This document shows, piece by piece, positions 8,211 through 14,732 of a DNA stretch of 32,141 bases. Source of the stretch: a bacterium. Lineage in GTDB: Bacteria; Patescibacteriota; Patescibacteriia; 2-12-FULL-60-25. The translations under genes and the position numbers were made by a program. Every line of letters begins with the position of its first letter. Within the stretch, counting starts at the first letter, position 1. The notes under the pieces are model-generated. The model made no database searches, was not told the origin of the DNA, and saw only the letters and a list, made by a program, of their open reading frames with translations. The DNA lies in the NCBI GenBank assembly GCA_020056125.1, contig JAGVIJ010000066.1, forward strand, positions 1 through 32,141. The letters run 5' to 3'.

Positions 8211-8244
8211 ATATTTTGCATTTTGCTCTTTGCATTTTGCATTG
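8211..8244. repeat. Right arm of the inverted heptamer-array pair: at attttgc attttgc tctttgc attttgc att
   Basis: Four units plus a partial unit, with the third unit variant. Its reverse complement matches the left arm at 7818-7850. Confidence 0.85.
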
Positions 8245-8249
8245 CCTAT

Positions 8250-8278
8250 ATTATAGAACAAAAGTAGAACACTTTCAA
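8250..8278 (-). promoter_or_regulatory. Sigma70-type promoter TTGAAA-17 nt-TATAAT, with GTTC-N7-GTTC in the spacer (candidate LexA operator)
   Basis: Minus-strand reading is ttgaaa gtGTTCtacttttGTTC tataat. The -35 is at 8273-8278 and the -10 at 8250-8255. The spacer holds a direct repeat, GTTC(7 nt)GTTC. Confidence 0.55.
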
Positions 8279-8366
8279 AATCCCCTGATGTGGATAACTT
8301 TAACGCTCCAAAAACTGGCCGTTGGCTGTTGTTGGCATGACATAAATCATGCTAGGATTTCAATAT

Positions 8367-8501
8367 ATGCCAGCACCGCAACGCATCCGAGAGCTTGTCG
8401 ACACCTTTCATAAAAATTATTGGTATTACCAATCTCTTGAGTACAATGAAGAACAATTGCGCCATGAGTTTTTAAACCCGTTATTTCGGTAACTCGGCTA
8501 G
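8367..8501 (+). pseudogene. N-terminal remnant of a type IIG / Eco57I-like (PglX-like) restriction-modification methyltransferase
   Basis: MPAPQRIRELVDTFHKNYWYYQSLEYNEEQLRHEFLNPLFR*LG*. The family consensus is ...YNE.q.R.eFi.PlF..LGW. TAA (8490) and TAG (8499, where the conserved Trp TGG is expected) interrupt the frame at the expected spacing. Confidence 0.6.
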
Positions 8502-8665
8502 TCTATTATGGTAGAGTCAGGTAAAATAAAATGGATAAGGAAGAAATAGGGTTTATCGCCAGAAAAGTTAGCCCGAAGGCAGGCAAACAGCAGAATTCCA
8601 TCATTGAGTCGCTCAAAGAATCATTAAAGTATTGAATGTGAAAATGGGATTTCAATCAAATAATT

Positions 8666-9676
8666 ATGCCAAATAAAAATGGTAAAAAATTTACTTTTAT
8701 AGATTTATTTGCGGGTATTGGCGGTATACGCATTGCCTTTGAGCGCGCGGGCGGCAAATGTGTTTTTACCTCTGAGTGGGATGCGCCATGCCAAGTCATG
8801 TATGAGGCAAATTTTGGGGATAAGCCGCATGGCGACATAACAAAATTGGTTGCCGAAGAAGTTCCGGATCACGATATTTTAACTGGCGGTTTTCCATGCC
8901 AGGCATTCAGTATTATTGGTAATAAATTAGGGTTTGCAGATACACGCGGGACTTTGTTTTTTGACGTCGAGCGTATTTTGAGGGTGAAACAACCGAAGGC
9001 GTTTTTGTTGGAGAATGTCAAGCAACTTACAACCCATGATAAAGGGAGAACCTTTAAAGCAATTTTGGAAAAATTAGAGAGTTTGGGATATTTTGTGCAT
9101 TATAAAGTGCTGAATGGTCTTGATTTTGGGGTGCCGCAAAGAAGAGAGCGGATCATGCTAGTAGGTTTCAAAAAAAATCATCCTTTTGAATTTCCAAAAC
9201 ATGGGGTGGCGACAAAAACACTTGCTGATATTTTAGAGCCAGATGATGAGGTTGATAAAAAACATTTTTTGAGCGACTATTTTCGTAAAAAGTTGAAAGC
9301 AAAACTTAGGGAACAAAACAAAAAAATTACTCTTCGTCCCGTTATTTTGCATGAGAATAAGGGCGGTAATCTTGGGATACATCAACATTCTTGCGCTCTG
9401 CGCGCCAATGGCTCATATAATTATCTGACTGTAAATGGAGAACGGCGACTTTCGCCACGAGAAATGTTGCGATTACAAGGCTTTCCCGATACATTCAGGA
9501 TTGTTGTGCCGGATACACAGGCAAGGAAACAGGCGGGTAATAGTGTTGTTGTGCCGCAAATTGCGGCCGTGGCATGCGCAATGATACAGGCGATGAACCA
9601 AACTCCGCAAAATAGATTGGCACAAGCGGATTTATTCACAAAGACAATAAAAATAGAAAAAGTATATGCGCACTAA
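8666..9676 (+). CDS. DNA (cytosine-5)-methyltransferase (type II)
   Basis: Motif I FIDLFAGIGG, motif IV GGFPCQAFS, motif VI LLENVKQL, motif VIII QRRERIMLVGF, and motif X GNSVVVP. The conserved blocks closely resemble those of M.HhaI. The target recognition domain differs, so specificity is not assigned. Confidence 0.95.
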   Translation: MPNKNGKKFTFIDLFAGIGGIRIAFERAGGKCVFTSEWDAPCQVMYEANFGDKPHGDITKLVAEEVPDHDILTGGFPCQAFSIIGNKLGFADTRGTLFFDVERILRVKQPKAFLLENVKQLTTHDKGRTFKAILEKLESLGYFVHYKVLNGLDFGVPQRRERIMLVGFKKNHPFEFPKHGVATKTLADILEPDDEVDKKHFLSDYFRKKLKAKLREQNKKITLRPVILHENKGGNLGIHQHSCALRANGSYNYLTVNGERRLSPREMLRLQGFPDTFRIVVPDTQARKQAGNSVVVPQIAAVACAMIQAMNQTPQNRLAQADLFTKTIKIEKVYAH

Positions 9677-10733
9677 ATGTTTTTCAAAATCAGCTTTGGA
9701 TCTGGTGATTCGCAAGTCCCGCGTTCATTTGTACAAACCAATTCAGATTGCTGAAATCCTCCATCGTCACAGGACTGAACGGGGTTGGGATTTAAACGAT
9801 TTGGAATCCTACCGCAATATTTCAAAACGATGGCGGGACGAAGTATCCTCGCTTTTGGTGGGGCGTAGAAGCACATCGAGCCAGAAATATCAGGACAATA
9901 TTTTCGAGGCGAACGCTATGCCACCGGCTCTGCTTGCAGAATTAGGAACGATGAATAAAAAAGGCCAAGGGTTTATTGAAGCGTATGTTTATAAAGCGCT
10001 GGAGGCGCGTCTTTCGTCGGTGAGAGGGGTCGAAGATTATATAAGAAATTCAACCGCAGATACATTCTTAATGAAAGAACTAGTCGCTCTTTTTCAAACC
10101 ACTCCTGGGCTTCGGCGAAGCATAGACAAGATGTATGAAATTTTGGTTTACGCTTTGTTCGATTCAATTGTTCGCGCTTTAAAAGCTCAGATAACTCTAG
10201 AGATTGGAAACAAAGACACGGAAATTTTGAAAGATTTTGAGCGATTTATCAAAATGGTTTTGGGTGTTGATTCAAAACAGACGAAGCTTGTTTTTCCTGC
10301 CGCATTATATCGCGTGGGCGTAACCAATGCCGCGGATAGGGGGTTGGATATGTGGACAAATTTTGGTCCTGCGGTGCAAGTTAAACATCTCACTCTCACA
10401 GCGGAATTGATGGAGGATATAGCAGATAATATCACTGCTGATAAAATTGTTATTGCCTGCATTGATACAGAAAAAGATGCAATCGAGTCATTGTTAAAAC
10501 AGGTTGGCTGGAGCGAAAGGATACAAGGAATTATTACTATCACTGACTTGGATGAGTGGTATAAACTTTGTTTGAGCAAAAAATACCGCGGCAATCTTGG
10601 CGAAAAATTACTCCAAAATATTGGACGAGAATTTGCCGCAGAATTTCCGTCAAGCAAAGAAATCGCGCCTTTTATGGCGAGGCGGGGGTACGATAAAATC
10701 ATTATGCCGCATGATTGGCAAATCCAAATTTGA
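9666..10733 (+). CDS. Putative type II restriction endonuclease, partner of the 5mC methyltransferase
   Basis: Its start overlaps the methyltransferase stop by 11 nt, and it is followed by vsr. A possible PD-(D/E)xK-like element is GLDMWTNFGPAVQVK. The family was not identified by eye. Confidence 0.5.
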   Translation: MRTKCFSKSALDLVIRKSRVHLYKPIQIAEILHRHRTERGWDLNDLESYRNISKRWRDEVSSLLVGRRSTSSQKYQDNIFEANAMPPALLAELGTMNKKGQGFIEAYVYKALEARLSSVRGVEDYIRNSTADTFLMKELVALFQTTPGLRRSIDKMYEILVYALFDSIVRALKAQITLEIGNKDTEILKDFERFIKMVLGVDSKQTKLVFPAALYRVGVTNAADRGLDMWTNFGPAVQVKHLTLTAELMEDIADNITADKIVIACIDTEKDAIESLLKQVGWSERIQGIITITDLDEWYKLCLSKKYRGNLGEKLLQNIGREFAAEFPSSKEIAPFMARRGYDKIIMPHDWQIQI

Positions 10734-10740
10734 TTTATGT

Positions 10741-11139
10741 ATGGACACTGTCTCGAAACAGAAACGGAGCGAAATAATGTCTCGGATAAAAAGCCGAGAC
10801 AGTAAAATTGAGACATTATTTCGTAAAGAACTTTGGAACCGCGGTTTTCGTTATCGCAAAAACTCCGGCAAATACTTCGGCAAGCCGGATATTGTTTTGA
10901 AACGGCATAAAGCAGTCATTTTTATTGATTCTTGTTTTTGGCACGGGTGCAAAAAACATTGTCGGATTCCGTCTCTTCACAAGAATTATTGGACACAAAA
11001 AATTGTTAGAAATATTGCGCGAGATAAAGAAGTTTCTATGCACTATAAAAAGCAAGGATGGAAAATTTTTAGAATATGGGAGCACGAAATTAAAAAGGAT
11101 GCAGCGGCGATTATTAAAAAAATTGGTCTCAGAGCCTAG
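10741..11139 (+). CDS. vsr: Very short patch repair endonuclease
   Basis: KRSEIMSRIKSRDSKIE...GKPDIVL...AVIFIDSCFWHGC...YWTQKI.RN..RD...GWKIFRIWEHE matches the Vsr signature. The start is taken at the ATG at 10741, not the upstream ORF-track start. Confidence 0.9.
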   Translation: MDTVSKQKRSEIMSRIKSRDSKIETLFRKELWNRGFRYRKNSGKYFGKPDIVLKRHKAVIFIDSCFWHGCKKHCRIPSLHKNYWTQKIVRNIARDKEVSMHYKKQGWKIFRIWEHEIKKDAAAIIKKIGLRA

Positions 11140-11192
11140 AAATTGGAATTTAATATTTGTGAATTTTTTTAAAATTTAATTCTTTATAGTAA

Positions 11193-11273
11193 GAGCGAAT
11201 AAATTACTTGGCCTATAAACTCTACGGCCTAACCGAGGACGAAATTAAAATTGTGGAGGAAGGGGTGAAATAA
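11193..11273 (+). pseudogene. C-terminal remnant of a type IIG/Eco57I-like or TaqI-like N6-methyltransferase
   Basis: The open frame ERINYLAYKLYGLTEDEIKIVEEGVK* is the characteristic C-terminal tail (..LYGLTeEEI.iiE) of this enzyme class. No upstream body is present. Confidence 0.5.
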
Positions 11274-11381
11274 ATTTTAAATTTTATGGATCGTTGTTCA
11301 TCTTTATTTTTCGCTTTTATGGGAGCTGGTATTAATCAGATACAACCGTTAAAGACAGGGGGTGGTTTTGAGGTGTGGCGC

Positions 11382-12392
11382 ATGCAAAAAAAATTGGATG
11401 ATTTTATTGAAGAAGTCCGAAAAAAAATTCCACCGGTAAATGACAATGCCCTTGGTAATTATCATATCGGCCATCCAGTAACAAAATTTGCCCAAAACGA
11501 AATTGATGAAGAATATTTTTCAAACGTCTCGTGGGGTCTGTTAATTCCGTGCTCAATGGAACTGGGCAAAAATGTAGTAATGTCTATTGTTGATTTATTT
11601 TCGACACGGTTTTTATATCCTTTGTTTGTCGTGGATGACATGAGTATTGAGAAGATGAAAACCAAGAGGGAGCTATGGATGTCTTTAGTAACACAAACCC
11701 AACAAGAAGTTTTTAAGAATGAATATTTTTCTCGATTCTATATTTTTTTAGAACCGATGGCTACATATGTGAATTTGGAAGAGTCAAAACGAAAATCTTG
11801 GGACAAGGAAGACTGGCGCCTGGTAGCGGCGTGGCACACATTTTGTGAATTACGGGACTACGATGACGGGAAAAATATTATTGGTTGGCAACGGGAAGCC
11901 TCGGAAATTACAGTGATTCTTGAATCATTATTGACTGCAGAAGACGCAACGCAGAATGAGGTCGGTTACCGTTTGAGAAAGCGGGCGGCTACATTAGTGG
12001 GTGACTTTTTTCCTGAAATAGAAAAAAATATAAAAAAACTTTACGATAAACGTTGCTCGTTCGTGCATGGTTCTTTTTTTGCCGAAGCTGCTAAACAGGC
12101 AAAGAAAAGTGAAGACGGTTTCCCCCTACCAGATATGGCGGAATTTGATTTTCTGGAATCACAAATTGAAGTCGCGAGGTTTGTTTTGGTAGCCTGTTTG
12201 ATTCTTTCAGAGGCTACTAGAGCAAACAAATTTGACGGATATACTAAATACATGGATGTCTTAGAAGACTCCATTATTAACGTCGACATGAGAAGACGAG
12301 TAAATGAATTAGTCAATCCGGTATTATCCTTGATGCCAAAAATCCAACCTATACAAGGGAGAACTATGGTGCGAGGAGAAGATAAAAAATAA
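11382..12392 (+). CDS. Hypothetical protein with a candidate C-terminal HEPN domain (Rx4H motif)
   Basis: GAGG lies 7 nt upstream of the ATG at 11382; the ORF track starts at 11286. The C-terminal region VILESLL...YRLRKRAATLV...KKLYDKRCSFVHGS carries R-x4-H (12051-12068), as in Apea-like and Abi-type HEPN domains. Confidence 0.45.
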   Translation: MQKKLDDFIEEVRKKIPPVNDNALGNYHIGHPVTKFAQNEIDEEYFSNVSWGLLIPCSMELGKNVVMSIVDLFSTRFLYPLFVVDDMSIEKMKTKRELWMSLVTQTQQEVFKNEYFSRFYIFLEPMATYVNLEESKRKSWDKEDWRLVAAWHTFCELRDYDDGKNIIGWQREASEITVILESLLTAEDATQNEVGYRLRKRAATLVGDFFPEIEKNIKKLYDKRCSFVHGSFFAEAAKQAKKSEDGFPLPDMAEFDFLESQIEVARFVLVACLILSEATRANKFDGYTKYMDVLEDSIINVDMRRRVNELVNPVLSLMPKIQPIQGRTMVRGEDKK

Positions 12393-12414
12393 TTCAATCA
12401 ATAAATTATTCAAT

Positions 12415-12654
12415 ATGCCCTCACAAAATACACCGATGGAATTACACGTTACTCCACACGGCATTTATGATGGGAGTGCTCGTCTGCCATATAGCTGGAA
12501 AAACATAGATCAGCTATTTAACCAGCTACTAGATCAAGGACATGAGATTAAACTCGAACCATTCGACAATTTCACGGAATCAAAGTGCCCAGATGAATTT
12601 GCGATATTGCAAAAAATAATTGATAATTCGGACGGTAAAATTAAGTGGGGTTAA
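12415..12654 (+). CDS. Hypothetical small protein (79 aa)
   Basis: ORF only. It lies 22 nt downstream of the HEPN-candidate gene on the same strand. No recognisable motif or SD sequence. Confidence 0.4.
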   Translation: MPSQNTPMELHVTPHGIYDGSARLPYSWKNIDQLFNQLLDQGHEIKLEPFDNFTESKCPDEFAILQKIIDNSDGKIKWG

Positions 12655-12663
12655 GGTATCGTA

Positions 12664-12993
12664 TTACTTATCATTAAATTCCTGGGGAGTTGCTGATTGT
12701 TTGCCCAGGTCGATCAACCTATCTGTCCACTCTTTATTTTCTGCTGTTCTGATATAGTGCTGCCCTGTTGGAGTCGCGGCACCAAAAATATAAATATTGT
12801 CACCCGTCGTTAGATCCTTAATATAAGCCTTCCCGTTTTTATTCTCAATCCAATCATACATACTTTCACGGGTGGCCTCCCCAGCCTGTTGAGTTTGCTC
12901 ATTAAGCCAAACAAAGCTTTGCATCGCCAAATGAGCCTCAAGCTTATTAACTGGAAGATTTTCTGGTTTCACCTTGGTGATTCTTATTGCCAT
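12664..12993 (-). CDS. DUF3892-like small protein
   Basis: The pattern IRITKV...H...W...AYIKD...GQHYIRTAENKEWTDRLIDL resembles the DUF3892 consensus (..YirT..D....dNLl.L). This was recognised by eye only. Confidence 0.45.
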   Translation of the reverse strand: MAIRITKVKPENLPVNKLEAHLAMQSFVWLNEQTQQAGEATRESMYDWIENKNGKAYIKDLTTGDNIYIFGAATPTGQHYIRTAENKEWTDRLIDLGKQSATPQEFNDK

Positions 12994-13024
12994 ATTGTTT
13001 CGTATCGTATATTAGCATGAAAAT

Positions 13025-13594
13025 CTAAAATAGATGATACCATTTTCTTTCGGCTATTTCCGTTAATTTAGTTGATGTAGGAGTTTTAAAAACGCTCTCA
13101 ATAACTCCGGAGATACTTTCAATAAGTTCCTTGGCTGGCCCAGGGATACTGCCTGTATCAATTTGGCTAGCGGTAGCTGGCTTATTCGGATCAGCTGGTT
13201 CAAGGACATCTCTGTTATGTCGATCGGAAATCGTTTTTAGTACATCATCCAAATACGCAGCGTTGGAATAGAATACACTAATCAGATCAAGTTCTGTTTC
13301 TTTTAAATCTTTAACAAAAAGTCCGATATTAGCGTTCCAGCTATTAGTCGGTAGTATTTTTTCAGTAAAGGTATAAGAATGATGAACTCGATAATTTCTT
13401 ATCTTAGCTTCTGCATAACGGATTTCTTGGAGCACGAGCTTGGCTGCATCGCTTTTCCGATCCTTTTTTTGAAAGCGATAAATAAAAAATACAAACACGC
13501 CCACAACCAGAGTCACCGTTCCCTGATGATTATCTATATTCCACAAAACCTTGCTCAGATAATCATCAAATCGAGTTATTAGCCACATGATCAT
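13025..13594 (-). CDS. Hypothetical single-pass membrane protein
   Basis: Start is taken at the ATG at 13594 (MIMWLITRF...). The TM helix is GTVTLVVGVFVFFIY, followed by RFQKKDRK. The ORF-track GTG start at 13669 would include the conserved upstream motif. The stop lies 31 nt from the DUF3892-like gene. Confidence 0.55.
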   Translation of the reverse strand: MIMWLITRFDDYLSKVLWNIDNHQGTVTLVVGVFVFFIYRFQKKDRKSDAAKLVLQEIRYAEAKIRNYRVHHSYTFTEKILPTNSWNANIGLFVKDLKETELDLISVFYSNAAYLDDVLKTISDRHNRDVLEPADPNKPATASQIDTGSIPGPAKELIESISGVIESVFKTPTSTKLTEIAERKWYHLF

Positions 13595-13644
13595 AACGAC
13601 GAACAGTCTATGTTCTTGGACGCTCCTAGTCAATGGCAGTGTCC

Positions 13645-13670
13645 CAATAAAAATAGGAAACCGGGACACA
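13645..13670 (-). promoter_or_regulatory. Conserved 26-nt upstream motif, copy A
   Basis: aggaaaccgggacacaacccgtttaa matches 14573-14598 at 21 of 26 positions. It ends 50 nt upstream of the ATG at 13594. Confidence 0.4.
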
Positions 13671-13824
13671 ACCCGTTTAAATCAAAGCGCATCATGATTT
13701 TTTTGACTCTGAACAGCCAATTTTATCCCCAAGCGTTGTTTTGATATTTAACTCTATTTAGAGCTTCTAGCAAGTTAGCGCTTGCTTGTTATTACTAACT
13801 TATGATATTGTCAGAGTGGAATTG

Positions 13825-13889
13825 TCCCCAATCTGAATTGTGGCGTTTATCGCCGCGTTTCCTTCGGGAATAGGATTGGGGATTTTTTT
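13825..13889 (+). terminator. Structured element with a T-run: multi-hairpin terminator or small RNA 3' end
   Basis: Outer stem tccccaatc (13825-13833) pairs with gattgggga (13874-13882). It encloses hairpins ggcg-tttat-cgcc and ttcc-ttcg-ggaa, and is followed by ttttttt. The orientation fits only plus-strand transcripts, yet both neighbouring genes are on the minus strand. Confidence 0.4.
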
Positions 13890-13891
13890 AA

Positions 13892-14524
13892 TTATTTGGG
13901 CCAGATTTGGACGAAAATCTCCCGATGAGCAATGATCCTCCGATAATCATCCGACCGTTTTTTCTGTTGTCGCACGGATCTATTTATAACTCCGGCAATA
14001 TAATCTGCCAGCTGTAAGAGGTTGTTGGCTGAAGAATTTTGTATCTTAACTTTTTTAATCAAACAATGGTCGGCATCGTTCATGTGTCGCTTTAAATATC
14101 TACTCAACTGATCGCGAAAGTCATTATTGCCGCTTCGATCTATGACGACCGTGGCATCATGCAATTTCTCTTTGGCATTCTCAAAGACCAGACGGCAAGC
14201 GTATTTATAAAATGATTCCTTATTCCGAAAGCCCTCCCCGTACAATCTTTCAGGATCTTTATTAATGACAATGCCATAATAAAAGAAATTGTACGGCGAA
14301 ACAGCTTTTAGGAATGTACTGCGTACAAGGTGTGAATTTCGACGAAAATGAAATTCACCGTTCAGTTCCCAGCCGATTTCTCGACGAAGAAGATTAATGC
14401 GCTGATCGCAGGCGACAGCATCATCGTTATCTTCAAAGACAACTAAAGAAACCGTAAAATATTGGCTTGATCCTCGATCAAGCCTTAAGCCGGGGTCACC
14501 GGATTCGTCAATGAAAACAAGCAT
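13892..14524 (-). CDS. DUF3800 domain-containing protein
   Basis: N-terminal MLVFIDESGD and C-terminal LLQLADYIAGVI are the two hallmark DUF3800 motifs. Confidence 0.8.
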   Translation of the reverse strand: MLVFIDESGDPGLRLDRGSSQYFTVSLVVFEDNDDAVACDQRINLLRREIGWELNGEFHFRRNSHLVRSTFLKAVSPYNFFYYGIVINKDPERLYGEGFRNKESFYKYACRLVFENAKEKLHDATVVIDRSGNNDFRDQLSRYLKRHMNDADHCLIKKVKIQNSSANNLLQLADYIAGVINRSVRQQKKRSDDYRRIIAHREIFVQIWPK

Positions 14525-14572
14525 GGATTAAATTTATCACATCACTTGATTTTAAGACAATCTTACGTGTAA

Positions 14573-14598
14573 AGAAAACCGGAACATGACCCGTTTAG
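14573..14598 (-). promoter_or_regulatory. Conserved 26-nt upstream motif, copy B
   Basis: agaaaaccggaacatgacccgtttag ends 48 nt upstream of the DUF3800 ATG (14524). It matches copy A at 21 of 26 positions with near-identical spacing to the start codon. Confidence 0.4.
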
Positions 14599-14732
14599 CG
14601 GATTTTTTCAGTTATCCCCATCTTGACAAGCCATAAAAAATTTGTAAGCGATATATACAGAGCATGCTTTTCAAATAAATCGGCGCCAAACCTAATAAGC
14701 TAAAAAGCTAAAGCCTAAGAAGCTAAACCTAT

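Noticed and set aside
7818-8300. A Cheo-box type SOS operator (GAAC-N4-GTTC) upstream of lexA.
   Set aside because: No such palindrome is present. Only the GTTC-N7-GTTC direct repeat is seen, and that is reported as a separate low-confidence finding.
8531-8635. A 34-aa ORF (MDKEEIGFIARKVSPKAGKQQNSIIESLKESLKY) upstream of the methyltransferase, considered as a possible controller protein.
   Set aside because: It is too short for an HTH C-protein. It has no RBS or motif, and it lies in degraded sequence next to the type IIG remnant.
10187-10816. A 209-aa minus-strand ORF antisense to the putative endonuclease.
   Set aside because: It has a Ser/Ile/Phe-rich low-complexity translation. The plus-strand ORF has operon logic (an 11-nt overlap with the methyltransferase, and vsr directly downstream). 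I could not assign the plus-strand ORF to a named nuclease family, so this rejection rests on context.
14691-14732. The low-complexity run cctaataagctaaaaagctaaagcctaagaagctaaacctat just upstream of the LTD gene ATG, considered as another heptamer array.
   Set aside because: The period is irregular (6-9 nt) and it does not show the 4x7 architecture. It may simply be an A-rich leader. I kept it out of the array family.
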